Positions 17,538 to 31,289 of a stretch of 64,000 nt of DNA are shown here, piece by piece. The first letter of the stretch is position 1, and the number at the start of each line of letters is the position of its first letter. A program made the position numbers and the translations under genes. The notes under the pieces were generated by a model. That model searched no databases. It had not been told where the DNA came from and was given only the letters and a program-made list of their open reading frames with translations. The DNA comes from an uncultured Alphaproteobacteria bacterium. Its GTDB lineage: Bacteria > Pseudomonadota > Alphaproteobacteria > Methylaequorales > Methylaequoraceae. Where the stretch lies: assembly GCA_902563305.1 (NCBI GenBank), contig CACEWP010000005.1, forward strand, positions 4,211 through 68,210, in the 5' to 3' direction.

Positions 17538-19295
17538 ATGAAAAAATTATCAGGTGCAAGAATTGTAATCGAAACATTAATTCAAGAGAAAGTGAAGGTG
17601 ATATTTGGTTACCCAGGTGGAGCTGTATTGCCGATTTATGACGAATTATTTAAGCAAAAAAAAATAAGACATATTCTTGTTAGACATGAGCAAGCCGCTG
17701 TTCACGCTGCAGAGGGTTATGCAAGATCTACAGGTAAAGTTGGAGTGGTTTTAGTAACATCTGGGCCTGGAGCAACAAATACAGTCACAGGTCTCACTGA
17801 CGCAATGATGGATTCCATCCCTGTTGTATGCATCTCCGGACAAGTCCCTACACACATGATTGGAAATGATGCATTTCAAGAGGCTGATATTGTAGGTATA
17901 ACAAGACCATGCACTAAACATAATTATTTGGTAAAGGACATATCAAAATTAGCAAGTTGTATCCATTCTGCATTTCATATTGCCAGAAATGGAAGACCTG
18001 GACCAGTTTTAGTTGATATACCAAAAGATATTCAAACATTCAAAAGTACTTACAATGGAAAAAAGCTAACTAAAAGTATATCCTTTTATAAACCAATATT
18101 AAAACCTCCTATAGAACAAATTTCAAAATTTGTAGATCTTTTAAAAAGTTCAAAGAAACCAATATTTTATATTGGAGGTGGAGTAATAAATTCTGGCTTA
18201 GGAGCTTCCAAGTCACTTAACACTCTTCTTAAAGTTACGGGGTTTCCTTGTACACAAACTTTAATGGGCCTAGGTGCTACTCCTACATCCGATAATCAAT
18301 TTGTTGGAATGTTGGGGATGCATGGTACTTATGAAGCAAATTTATCTATGAACAAATCAGATTTAATGATTTGTGTTGGAGCTAGGTTTGACGATAGGAT
18401 TACAGGAAAAGTTTCAGGTTTTTCACCGCATTCCAAAAAAGTTCATATGGATATCGACGCTTCATCTTTTAATAAAAGTGTAAATGTTGACTTACTTATT
18501 CAAGGAGATCTGTCTAAAATTTTAGACATGACTATAAAATTTATTAAGGATAAAAAAATTACTTTTAAATCAAAGTCTATTTCCGACTGGTGGAATCAAA
18601 TAAATAAATGGCGATCAAAAGATTGTTTAAGTTATAAAAATTCTAAAACAGTCATTAAACCTCAATATGCTTTACAAAGATTAGATACTCTAACCAAAAA
18701 ATTAAACCCATTTATTACCACCGAGGTCGGACAACATCAAATGTGGGCTGCCCAATTTCTCACTTTCAATAAACCTAAACACTGGATGACTTCTGGAGGG
18801 CTTGGAACTATGGGTTACGGTTTACCAGCCGCGATGGGAGTACAAATTGCTCATCCGGATGGCTTAGTTATTGATGTTGCAGGTGAAGCATCAATTCTTA
18901 TGAATATACAAGAAATGTCTACAATTAAACAATATAGATTACCTGTAAAAATATTTATTTTAAATAATCATTACATGGGTATGGTCAGACAGTGGCAAGA
19001 ACTACTTCATGGAAATAGGTTATCTGAATCTTATATGGATTCACTACCTGATTTTGTTAAACTTGCTGAATCATTTGGTGCAACTGGCCTGAGAGTCATA
19101 AAGCCTGGAGAGGTAGATGACTTAATTAAAGAAATGATAAAAATTAAAGGGCCTGTTATTTGTGACATAGTTGTAGATCCAAAGGAAAATTGCTTCCCAA
19201 TGATTCCATCAGGTTCTTCACATGACCAAATGCTTCTTGGACCAAATGACAAATTGGAAGGGGAAATTTCAGAAGAGGGTATGGTTCTAGTATAG
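17538..19295 (+). CDS. ilvB: Acetolactate synthase large subunit
   Basis: 585-aa ThDP enzyme (GYPGGA, GPGATN, GLGTMGYGLPAAMG), followed by the small subunit. Confidence 0.95.
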   Translation: MKKLSGARIVIETLIQEKVKVIFGYPGGAVLPIYDELFKQKKIRHILVRHEQAAVHAAEGYARSTGKVGVVLVTSGPGATNTVTGLTDAMMDSIPVVCISGQVPTHMIGNDAFQEADIVGITRPCTKHNYLVKDISKLASCIHSAFHIARNGRPGPVLVDIPKDIQTFKSTYNGKKLTKSISFYKPILKPPIEQISKFVDLLKSSKKPIFYIGGGVINSGLGASKSLNTLLKVTGFPCTQTLMGLGATPTSDNQFVGMLGMHGTYEANLSMNKSDLMICVGARFDDRITGKVSGFSPHSKKVHMDIDASSFNKSVNVDLLIQGDLSKILDMTIKFIKDKKITFKSKSISDWWNQINKWRSKDCLSYKNSKTVIKPQYALQRLDTLTKKLNPFITTEVGQHQMWAAQFLTFNKPKHWMTSGGLGTMGYGLPAAMGVQIAHPDGLVIDVAGEASILMNIQEMSTIKQYRLPVKIFILNNHYMGMVRQWQELLHGNRLSESYMDSLPDFVKLAESFGATGLRVIKPGEVDDLIKEMIKIKGPVICDIVVDPKENCFPMIPSGSSHDQMLLGPNDKLEGEISEEGMVLV

Positions 19296-19304
19296 TTTCT
19301 AAGA

Positions 19305-19817
19305 ATGACAGAATCGCACTCAAAACATATTCTTTCTATTATGGTTGATAATGAGCCAGGGGTTTTGGCCAGGGTAGTGGGATTGTTTTCAGGAAGAGGT
19401 TATAATATAGAAAGCTTATCAGTTTCTGAGGTTGATTCAGATAAATTTCTCTCTAGAGTGACGATTGTCACTTCTGGAACCAAGAATATTATTGATCAGA
19501 TAAAAGCACAATTGCTCAAACTCATACCCGTCCATAATCTTATAGATATTTCTGAGTTAAAGACCTTTATAGGAAAAGAGTTGATTTTAATCAAATTGGA
19601 TGTAAAAAAGAAGTCAGTTTCAAAAATTTACAAACATGTCAAAGATTATGGAGCAAAAATTTTATTCGATAACAGAACTGAAATGATCATCGAATTTTCA
19701 GGCACCCCCTCTGAGATTTCATCTATGATTAAAAAATTAAGATCATTTAACATTATAGAGTTAACAAGGTCTGGTTTAGTATCGATAGCATTAGGAAAAG
19801 ATTATATTAAAAAATAA
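19305..19817 (+). CDS. ilvN: Acetolactate synthase small (regulatory) subunit
   Basis: ACT-domain start HILSIMVDNEPGVLARVVGLFSGRGYNIESL. Confidence 0.95.
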   Translation: MTESHSKHILSIMVDNEPGVLARVVGLFSGRGYNIESLSVSEVDSDKFLSRVTIVTSGTKNIIDQIKAQLLKLIPVHNLIDISELKTFIGKELILIKLDVKKKSVSKIYKHVKDYGAKILFDNRTEMIIEFSGTPSEISSMIKKLRSFNIIELTRSGLVSIALGKDYIKK

Positions 19818-19827
19818 GGAAAGTTAA

Positions 19828-20847
<1,020 letters not shown>

Positions 20848-20853
20848 TATTAT

Positions 20854-23524
<2,671 letters not shown>

Positions 23525-23527
23525 TTT

Positions 23528-24367
23528 ATGGTATACAGGTCGTCTTTTGGTAGGGGATTTCAGTCAAATTTTCTCAACAAATATGTCTTAAGTCTAATAT
23601 TATGTTTAATTTCTTCACTAATACTTTTTATACTTTCTATTATAGACTCTAAACCCCTAGAATCTTTAAGATATAATACAATCTCATTTTCAAAACCTTT
23701 TATTGTTTTTGTTGGAAAGCCCTTAGATATATTAAATAGCACATTTGTATTTATTAAAGAACTTAAAGAAGCTAAAAAGATCAATAAACTCTTAACAGAG
23801 GAAAATAGTAAATTAAAGAAGCAAATAGATAAAGATAATTTCTTAATACTTGAAAATTATAGGCTTAAAAATTTATTAAAAATAGATGAGACTGATTACG
23901 TAAAAAAAATTACAGCAAGAGTATTGATTGATTCATATAAAGATGGGGGCTCATTAATATATATTGATGTTGGAAAGAGTGACGGCTTGAAAATTAATGA
24001 TATTGTTTTTAATGAAAATGGATTATTAGGTAGAATTATAGAGTTAGGTTCGTTTTCATCAAAGGTTATGACAATCTTCAATGAAAATTCTGTTATACCT
24101 GTTCTATCAGTCAAATCAAAAAAATCATTTTTCGTAGAAGGAAGTGCAAGCAAATTGAAGCCTAAGCATATTGAAAGAATGTTTGACCTTGATCATGGTG
24201 AAATTATAGTTTCTACTGATGCAGCTGGATACTTCAAAGAAGGTATAAGAATTGGAAGAGTCGTTAAAACATTAAATGAAGTTTTTGTGGTACCATTTGC
24301 AAAAAAAACAGATTCAATTTATGTTAATGTTTTGATTTATGATTTTAAAAACGAATTTAAAGACTAA
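23528..24367 (+). CDS. mreC: Rod-shape-determining protein MreC
   Basis: TM, coiled coil (ENSKLKKQI) and beta domains, in the position after mreB. Confidence 0.85.
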   Translation: MVYRSSFGRGFQSNFLNKYVLSLILCLISSLILFILSIIDSKPLESLRYNTISFSKPFIVFVGKPLDILNSTFVFIKELKEAKKINKLLTEENSKLKKQIDKDNFLILENYRLKNLLKIDETDYVKKITARVLIDSYKDGGSLIYIDVGKSDGLKINDIVFNENGLLGRIIELGSFSSKVMTIFNENSVIPVLSVKSKKSFFVEGSASKLKPKHIERMFDLDHGEIIVSTDAAGYFKEGIRIGRVVKTLNEVFVVPFAKKTDSIYVNVLIYDFKNEFKD

Positions 24368-24378
24368 TTATATTACTA

Positions 24379-24876
24379 ATGTTCAATTCCCTCATATTTA
24401 GATCTTTACCATATCTATTTGTCTTGTTTTTTATTTTTTTTGAGTCAACACCAAATTATTTTTTTGAAAATGAAATGATTAAACCTTTGATGTTTTTTTC
24501 AGTTCTGTATTGTTGGTTAATAAATGACTTTAAAAGATTTTCACCAATAAGCATTTTCATATTCTGTAATTTATATGATCTAATTCAAGGTGGAGCAGTT
24601 GGTATTACTGCATTATTTTTTTTATTATTACAATACACCCAAAGAAAGAAATTTAATGATCTTATTTCTAATGACTTTAAAGAAACTTGGATGAAATTTA
24701 TTATAAGTCTGACATTTTACTTGTCTTTAACTTCCTTTACTAGACTGTTCTTTGATACTGAAGCAATAGTTTTAAAGAATTTGATAATCTGTTTTATTTT
24801 TAGCATTGCTTTGTTTCCATTATTTTTTTCAATTACGGACAAATTGAGTTATAAATTTAGAAATTATAATGAATAG
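24379..24876 (+). CDS. mreD: Rod-shape-determining protein MreD
   Basis: Polytopic 165-aa membrane protein between mreC and mrdA. Confidence 0.75.
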   Translation: MFNSLIFRSLPYLFVLFFIFFESTPNYFFENEMIKPLMFFSVLYCWLINDFKRFSPISIFIFCNLYDLIQGGAVGITALFFLLLQYTQRKKFNDLISNDFKETWMKFIISLTFYLSLTSFTRLFFDTEAIVLKNLIICFIFSIALFPLFFSITDKLSYKFRNYNE

Positions 24877-26641
24877 AGAAATTAACCATGAAAAGAAAAT
24901 CCGAAGAAGAACACTTGTTATAGGGTTATCTAAAACCTTTTTTATGTTATTAGTTTCAGTAAAACTTTTTTATCTTCAAATACTTCAAAAATCAAAGTAT
25001 GGAAAACTTTCAGATACTAATAGGATAAAAATAAAGATTTTATATCCTGAAAGAGGAACTATTTATGATCTTTATAATAATGAGATTGCATCAAATAAAA
25101 TTGATTACCAACTAAGTATCTTTAAAGACAAAAAAAATTTAATCAATAGGTATATTAATAAATTAAAAGGTCATATTAATTTTTCAGATAAAGATCTAGA
25201 GGAAATTAAAATAAATATAAATAAACAAGATCTTTCAGATTTTATAACAATAAAAAGAAATTTAAGTTGGAACGATCTAGAGTTTTTTGAATTTATGAAA
25301 AATAAGTTTCCTTTTCTTTTAATTACAAAAGAAAAAGTTAGAAACTATGATAATGAAATGATTTTTTCTCATGTGCTTGGTTATGTAGGTTTTAATAAAA
25401 ATATTAAAAAGAAAAAATTATCGAATCTTAAGGTTGGTATTTCAGGAATTGAGAAAAAACTTGACTCTAAATTGCTTGGTGCGGACGGATGGATCAAATT
25501 TGAAACAAATTCTAAGGGAATTGTTAAAAAAGAATTAAATAAAAAATTTGCAATACCTGGCGGAAATATAAAAACACATTTAGTGAGAGAAATTCAAGAA
25601 AAAGCTTTTAATGAGATGCAAGGTATTAATGGAGCAGTTGTTATGATTGATTGTAAAGATGGAGGAGTTAATTGTCTTTATTCATCACCCTCTTTTAATA
25701 ATAATGAGTTTAGTGACGGAGTAAGTAGAGAAAGATGGAATGAATTAATTTCTGATGAGTATAACCCTCTTCTTAATAGATGTATTGCTGGTTTATATTC
25801 GCCTGGTTCAACTTATAAATTAATCACGGCACTTCATGCTATAGAAAATGAAAAATTTGGCAAAAATCAAACCTATTTTTGTTCTGGACACATTCAATTT
25901 GGTAGTAGAAAGTTCCATTGTTGGAAAAAGGAAGGTCATGGAAAGTTAGATTTACATGGAGCAATTATGAAATCTTGTGATTGTTATTTTTACAATTTAG
26001 CTAAAAAAATTGATATTGACAAACTTGCGAGTTTTTCAAATAAATTTTCATATGGAAATGTTACTGGAATTGATATTCCTAATGAACTTAACGGAATAAT
26101 GCCTAATAGAAATTGGAAAATTCAGAATAGAGGAGAGAAGTGGCAACGCGGTGAAACTCTGAATAGTGCAATTGGCCAGGGTTTTATGTTATCCACTCCT
26201 CTTCAAATCACTTTAATGACAGCCAGAATTGCCACAGGTAAAAATATAATTCCAAGTATAATTTATAAAAAAAGGAACTTTGAGCGTCTGAATATTAGTG
26301 AAGAAAATCTTAATTTTATAAAGAAATCTATGTTCTCAGTTGTAAATGATAATAATGGGACAGCTTATAATTCGCAACTTACTGGTTCTCTAAAAATGGC
26401 CGGAAAGACCGGTACTTCGCAAGTTAGAAAAATTACTTTAGAAGAGAGAGAAGATGGTGTTATAGAAAATGAAAAATTAGATTATAGATTAAGGGATCAT
26501 TCAATCTTTACATGTTTTGCTCCTTTCGATGATCCAAAATATTCTCTCACAGTTGTTGCTGAACACATGGGAAGTGGTTCAAAAGTAGCAGCCCCAATTT
26601 CGAAAAAAATAATGCAATCAGCTTTAAAGAAATTTACTTAA
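24869..26641 (+). CDS. mrdA: Penicillin-binding protein 2 (elongasome transpeptidase)
   Basis: SxxK (SPGSTYKL) and KTGTS motifs in mreBCD-mrdA-rodA order. Confidence 0.9.
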   Translation: MNREINHEKKIRRRTLVIGLSKTFFMLLVSVKLFYLQILQKSKYGKLSDTNRIKIKILYPERGTIYDLYNNEIASNKIDYQLSIFKDKKNLINRYINKLKGHINFSDKDLEEIKININKQDLSDFITIKRNLSWNDLEFFEFMKNKFPFLLITKEKVRNYDNEMIFSHVLGYVGFNKNIKKKKLSNLKVGISGIEKKLDSKLLGADGWIKFETNSKGIVKKELNKKFAIPGGNIKTHLVREIQEKAFNEMQGINGAVVMIDCKDGGVNCLYSSPSFNNNEFSDGVSRERWNELISDEYNPLLNRCIAGLYSPGSTYKLITALHAIENEKFGKNQTYFCSGHIQFGSRKFHCWKKEGHGKLDLHGAIMKSCDCYFYNLAKKIDIDKLASFSNKFSYGNVTGIDIPNELNGIMPNRNWKIQNRGEKWQRGETLNSAIGQGFMLSTPLQITLMTARIATGKNIIPSIIYKKRNFERLNISEENLNFIKKSMFSVVNDNNGTAYNSQLTGSLKMAGKTGTSQVRKITLEEREDGVIENEKLDYRLRDHSIFTCFAPFDDPKYSLTVVAEHMGSGSKVAAPISKKIMQSALKKFT

Positions 26642-26643
26642 AA

Positions 26644-27732
26644 ATGATAGAAAATTTTATTAAATTAAAAAATTTAAATTGGTTATTTATTTTTTTAGTT
26701 TCTTTCTTGTCTTTTGTTGGTTTGATAATGATCTATAGCGCAACCATCGGAGAAGAATCAAAAATTTTTATATCCCATATATATAAAATTCTATTTGGTT
26801 TTTTTTTGATGATACTTGTAAGTTTAATTGATTTAGAATTTTGGAAAAGAAATGCGTATTTTTTTTATTTAATCGGACTTATTCTTCTAATATTGGTTTT
26901 TTTTTATGGTTATCTTGGAAAAGGAGCTAGAAGATGGATTAATTTTCTTGGTTATAATTTTCAACCTTCAGAGATTATGAAAATTTTTTTGATAATCACT
27001 TTGGCAAAGTTTTTTGATGAGAAAAAAATTAGAGAACCAAGGGATTATCTCTTTCTGATTCTTCCTATTATCTTAGTGACCATACCTTTTGTATTAATCT
27101 TGATTCAACCTGATCTTGGAACAGCAATGCTAATTCTTTTTGTAAGTATTGTAATTTTTTTTATGTCTGGAATTAATTGGAAATTTTTTTTTTTTTCAGG
27201 CTTGTGTACAATCATTATTACTCCTTATCTATGGGGAGGTCTTAAGGTGTATCAAAAGAAGAGAATTCTAACTTTATTTAACCCTGAAAGTGACCCCCTC
27301 GGCTCAGGCTATCATATTATTCAATCTCAAATTGCAGTTGGTTCAGGAGGAACTTTTGGTAAAGGCTGGACTAAGGGAACACAATCCCATTTAGATTTTC
27401 TTCCAGAAAAACATACTGATTTTATATTCTCAATGCTAGGAGAGGAATTTGGTTTTTTAGGAACTTTGTCTGTTATTGGACTTATATGCCTTATTACTTA
27501 TATGGCTTATGATATTACTGGAAGATTTATACACAATAATTTTAACAGGATGGTTGGCATAGGAATTATCTCTAACTTTTTCTTTGCATCCTTTATCAAT
27601 ATATCAATGGTTATAGGGATATTACCAATAGTTGGTCTACCGTTACCTCTAGTATCTTATGGTGGTTCCTCAATGCTGACATACTTTATTGGATTTGGGA
27701 TAATTTTATCATTAGATAGAAATCAAAGTTAA
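26644..27732 (+). CDS. rodA: SEDS peptidoglycan polymerase RodA
   Basis: FtsW/RodA/SpoVE family (QPSEIMK, HTDFIFS, SYGGSS). Confidence 0.9.
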   Translation: MIENFIKLKNLNWLFIFLVSFLSFVGLIMIYSATIGEESKIFISHIYKILFGFFLMILVSLIDLEFWKRNAYFFYLIGLILLILVFFYGYLGKGARRWINFLGYNFQPSEIMKIFLIITLAKFFDEKKIREPRDYLFLILPIILVTIPFVLILIQPDLGTAMLILFVSIVIFFMSGINWKFFFFSGLCTIIITPYLWGGLKVYQKKRILTLFNPESDPLGSGYHIIQSQIAVGSGGTFGKGWTKGTQSHLDFLPEKHTDFIFSMLGEEFGFLGTLSVIGLICLITYMAYDITGRFIHNNFNRMVGIGIISNFFFASFINISMVIGILPIVGLPLPLVSYGGSSMLTYFIGFGIILSLDRNQS

Positions 27733-28767
27733 TTATAAATCTCCTTTTTCGGACAACAAAATAGCAATCTTTCTTGTTGATTTGATTCTACTGAGAGTAA
27801 TCAAAATTACTACTAAAAGTGGAACACTCAGAAACATTCCTGCAATTCCCCAAAATTTCCCCAAAATTGTTAAAAAAATTATCATAACAAGAGGACTTAT
27901 ATTAAGTGTTTTTCCCATCAGTTTGGGTTCTAAGATATTTCCAATATAAATTTGAACAAGTGAGAGACACAAGAAAGTAAACAATGGTTCAAAAAAGTTT
28001 AAAAACTGAATTATTGAAAAAAATAGTGGTATTAAAATTGACAAAACGGAACCAACGAATGGAATAAAATTAAGAAAGAATGATAGAACCCCAAAGGTAA
28101 TAGCTAAATCATTTTTGAGAACAAATAAAGAAAAAAAAGTTAGTAGTCCGGTTAATATACTTGTGAGAGTTTTAAGTTGAAAATAATAAAAAATATCCGA
28201 ATTAATTTTGTTGAGTATTCTAATTTTTGGAGCTGAAAATATTGATTTTATTTTCTTTATAAAATTTTTTTCCTCTACAACAAAAAATATAAGAAAAATT
28301 ATTATAAAAGAAAAATTTCCAGCGAAATCTGAAAATCTATTTAGAACTTTTGTGAATATTGAAAATAAATCCAATGAATTCAAAAATTCATCGTTTTGAA
28401 GAAAATTATTAATAAATGTGTTTGATAATATTGAAATAACCTTTTCAAAGTTATCTTGATAGACTGAGGATTTTTGTATTACACCGTCAAGGTTAAATTT
28501 AAGGATAAGCCAGAGAAAATAAAGGACAATAAATACAGCTAAAAACATTATAGGTATTGCAGTAACTTTGCTTAAGTTAATTTTTAATCTTTGGTGAATT
28601 AAATCAATTAATCTGGATGTGATTGATTTTATTATTAGATAAAATATTAAAGATAAGAAAAATGGAAGTAATATAAACTTTCCAAAGTACATTAAGATAA
28701 AGAAAAAAAATATATACAAAATAATATTAGTAATTTTCATTGATCTATTTTTTTTTATAATTCTCAA
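27733..28767 (-). CDS. AI-2E/PerM (UPF0118) family transporter
   Basis: Polytopic protein with C-terminal ...GKFWGIAGMFLSVPLL... typical of the family. The alternative ATG at 28740 would remove the overlap with the upstream lipoprotein gene. Confidence 0.7.
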   Translation of the reverse strand: MRIIKKNRSMKITNIILYIFFFFILMYFGKFILLPFFLSLIFYLIIKSITSRLIDLIHQRLKINLSKVTAIPIMFLAVFIVLYFLWLILKFNLDGVIQKSSVYQDNFEKVISILSNTFINNFLQNDEFLNSLDLFSIFTKVLNRFSDFAGNFSFIIIFLIFFVVEEKNFIKKIKSIFSAPKIRILNKINSDIFYYFQLKTLTSILTGLLTFFSLFVLKNDLAITFGVLSFFLNFIPFVGSVLSILIPLFFSIIQFLNFFEPLFTFLCLSLVQIYIGNILEPKLMGKTLNISPLVMIIFLTILGKFWGIAGMFLSVPLLVVILITLSRIKSTRKIAILLSEKGDL

Positions 28768-29440
28768 GAATCTGTGTCATTTTTGTTGTTCCAAATAAAT
28801 CTGAGTCTGTTTCCTCTATTCTATTACTTTTTATAAGACCAATTCCCTTCGCATACCATTCTTCAGATGTTATATTTATTTCAATCGATCCAATCTCGCT
28901 ATCACCAATAAATTTTGTTTTACCTTCGCCTCTAACTAACATACAGTCATTAAATTTTCCAAGGGGCGTAGAAACAAACTCACTTGTTGAGATAATCTCA
29001 TAATTTATTTTGAAATTGGTCGTTGCTCTATAATCATAGTATGGATAACGTTTAAGAATCAAAAAAGTTTTACTTTCCACTGACCATTTTTTACCTTTTT
29101 CATAAGGAAGGGGCAAAACTACTCTTTTCTTTTTTTCAGGGTTAATTTTATTATCTTTAGCAAAAGCGAAGCCGTTTCTGTAGATTCCATTGTTTTCTTT
29201 TTTATAAAAAAAGATAGATCCATCTTCTCTTAGAAAAGGATAGATAAAGCTTTTTTTGCCGTCAATTTCTAGGAGTTTTTTACCAAGTGATAAGTTAACT
29301 TTTTTATAAATTGTTTTTTTTTCTACTTCAGGTTTTATCTCTATTTTATAAGACCAAGATTTTATTTTGTCTAATGGAAAGTAGGAATCATTAGTCTCTG
29401 AACAACTAGCTAATAGAACAAAAAGAAAGAGATATTTCAT
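28745..29440 (-). CDS. Lipoprotein of unknown function (paralog of 55092-55790)
   Basis: Lipobox LLASC. Blocks shared with the second copy: YFP...W.Y, DG S, K(K/E)W, DC..(V/I).G.G...FIGD...G.I...I...E....GIGL. Confidence 0.7.
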   Translation of the reverse strand: MKYLFLFVLLASCSETNDSYFPLDKIKSWSYKIEIKPEVEKKTIYKKVNLSLGKKLLEIDGKKSFIYPFLREDGSIFFYKKENNGIYRNGFAFAKDNKINPEKKKRVVLPLPYEKGKKWSVESKTFLILKRYPYYDYRATTNFKINYEIISTSEFVSTPLGKFNDCMLVRGEGKTKFIGDSEIGSIEINITSEEWYAKGIGLIKSNRIEETDSDLFGTTKMTQILENYKKK

Positions 29441-29961
29441 TACTTTTCTGGCAATAACTGATTTGGCATATCAAAAAAATTTAATTTACTGCTTACTGTG
29501 GTTGTTTTTTCTTTCTTTAATACTGATGAAATTATATTCTTTTTATTTTCGTCTATATTCTCCCCCATTTGAGGTATTCCATTTTTTAAATTTACAAGTG
29601 CTTTTGAAATTCTCTCGTGTACTTCTTTATTATATTCTAAACTATATGATCTTGGAGTACTTAACCCTGCAAGATCATCCATATTTGTAATCCACAGAAA
29701 GATTGCTCCTTCTGAGTTAATTAGTGCGTTAGGTTCATAGACTTGCGCTGCAACTAGCCTAAACCTATCTGGTAATGAGTCATTTGTTGGCCAACCTATA
29801 AGATCTTTATAAGAATTATAGGTTACTATATAAAAAAACGTTGTTAATATAATCATCGACGATTTTACTAACCAGTGAAAATTAGTTCGCAAGTTAAATA
29901 AAACTAGCAAAAAACCTAAAATAACATAACAAATTATTATTAAAAAAATTTCTGAATTCAT
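29440..29961 (-). CDS. Two-TM membrane protein of unknown function
   Basis: 173-aa ORF with SD AAGGAAAGG upstream. Its stop shares 1 nt with the next start (TAATG). Confidence 0.65.
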   Translation of the reverse strand: MNSEIFLIIICYVILGFLLVLFNLRTNFHWLVKSSMIILTTFFYIVTYNSYKDLIGWPTNDSLPDRFRLVAAQVYEPNALINSEGAIFLWITNMDDLAGLSTPRSYSLEYNKEVHERISKALVNLKNGIPQMGENIDENKKNIISSVLKKEKTTTVSSKLNFFDMPNQLLPEK

Positions 29962-29974
29962 AATGACCTTTCCT

Positions 29975-30571
29975 TTAATTCTCTGGGACTAATTTTTTAA
30001 AAAGACTACCAGAGACACTTACTTTACCATTTTGAGTAATATTAAATCTTGTTGCAGTTTTTTCTACACCTTTTTTTTCTAAATTTATTGTTCCATAATA
30101 AATGACTTCTAACTGTGGGTTGACTTTCTCAACTTTTACATTCACATCTACGGGTTGCTCGGTTTTTGTTGCATAGTAATGTACATTAACAATATATTCT
30201 CCTGGAACAACAGCTCTAATTGTAACAACTTCCTGATTAAGTGGATTTTGAACTTTTTCACCGTTAATTTCAATTGTATCATTCAGTAGTCCTCGATCGT
30301 CTCTGTCTAAATGCACAAACCCTGCTTCTTTACCTCTGAACCAAACCAGATCTCCAGTTGGACTTTGAACATAAGTATCCACATCATCCGGATTATTATC
30401 CTTCCAACTTACTGTTATTATATATTCAGCTTTTGGATTTATAACTCCTGTTTTGGGAATTGGATTCATAAAGATTATAGCAAGAAACATTAAAAGTGTA
30501 AAAGATAACAGAATATTGAATAACAAATCAGTAAAAGGGTCTGCCCTCAATCTTCTTCCAGAGTATGACAT
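29975..30571 (-). CDS. Bitopic protein with an ExbD/TolR-like N-terminal anchor and a novel beta-rich periplasmic domain
   Basis: N-terminus RRLRADPFTDLLFNILL...IIFM resembles the ExbD/TolR TM with its conserved Asp. The remainder (YIITVSWKDNNPDDVDTYVQSPTGD...VPGEYIVNVHYY) is not ExbD-like. Confidence 0.6.
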   Translation of the reverse strand: MSYSGRRLRADPFTDLLFNILLSFTLLMFLAIIFMNPIPKTGVINPKAEYIITVSWKDNNPDDVDTYVQSPTGDLVWFRGKEAGFVHLDRDDRGLLNDTIEINGEKVQNPLNQEVVTIRAVVPGEYIVNVHYYATKTEQPVDVNVKVEKVNPQLEVIYYGTINLEKKGVEKTATRFNITQNGKVSVSGSLFKKLVPEN

Positions 30572-31281
30572 TATAAACTATTATCTATGCTTACTTCGGA
30601 TATCTGGTTTAAAACCGAAAACAACTCATCACATCCACTTTCGAGGTTATAATATTGAATTGCTATCATTACTCCTGCCACTAATGCTGAGAGAGTTGTG
30701 TATAAAGCAACTCCCATTCCACTTCCCATTGTTGTTAAAACTCCTTGCAAAAGAGTTACATCGAAAGTTGTAATATCAGAAAGAGAACCTAACATAATAA
30801 TGAAACCAATTACAGTCCCAATTAACCCTAGTTTCAACATAATATCTGAGCAAAACCATCCAAATTCGTAAAAACCTACTGTTTTTTTTATATAACTATC
30901 GAGTATTTGAACGTGAGATGTTGCTCCATTTTTTTTTAGTCCTATTAAATCTTTAAAGTAATCTCTCACTATTCCGTCAGAAATCTCTCCTTTTGAAGTT
31001 AATATTAAAACATCTTCAATAATTCTAAGTTTAACATTCTCGTCTAAAAGACTTTTTTTAATAATATGAGCTTTATTTAATTCATCAGAGATAATGAAAG
31101 TATGATAAAAGCAATGCATACTGATTATAATAAACAAGACTAAAATTAAACTTGTAATGTAACTTTTATCTGAACTAATTATTTTAACAATTAGTCCTTG
31201 GTCAAAAATAAAAAAAATAAAAAATGTCATTAAGCTAAATTGTAAAAGCCATTTTAAAAATAGTTTATGTACCCTTGTCAT
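30571..31281 (-). CDS. MotA/TolQ/ExbB-family proton-channel protein
   Basis: C-terminal signature KLGLIGTVIGFIIM and GVALYTTLSALVAGVMIAIQYYN, with 3 predicted TM helices. Confidence 0.7.
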   Translation of the reverse strand: MTRVHKLFLKWLLQFSLMTFFIFFIFDQGLIVKIISSDKSYITSLILVLFIIISMHCFYHTFIISDELNKAHIIKKSLLDENVKLRIIEDVLILTSKGEISDGIVRDYFKDLIGLKKNGATSHVQILDSYIKKTVGFYEFGWFCSDIMLKLGLIGTVIGFIIMLGSLSDITTFDVTLLQGVLTTMGSGMGVALYTTLSALVAGVMIAIQYYNLESGCDELFSVLNQISEVSIDNSL

Positions 31282-31289
31282 AGTTTAAT

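Noticed and set aside
30453-30773. 106-aa plus-strand ORF across the junction of the MotA-like and ExbD-like genes
   Set aside because: It is antisense to two genes that carry recognisable signatures and are translationally coupled, so it is spurious.
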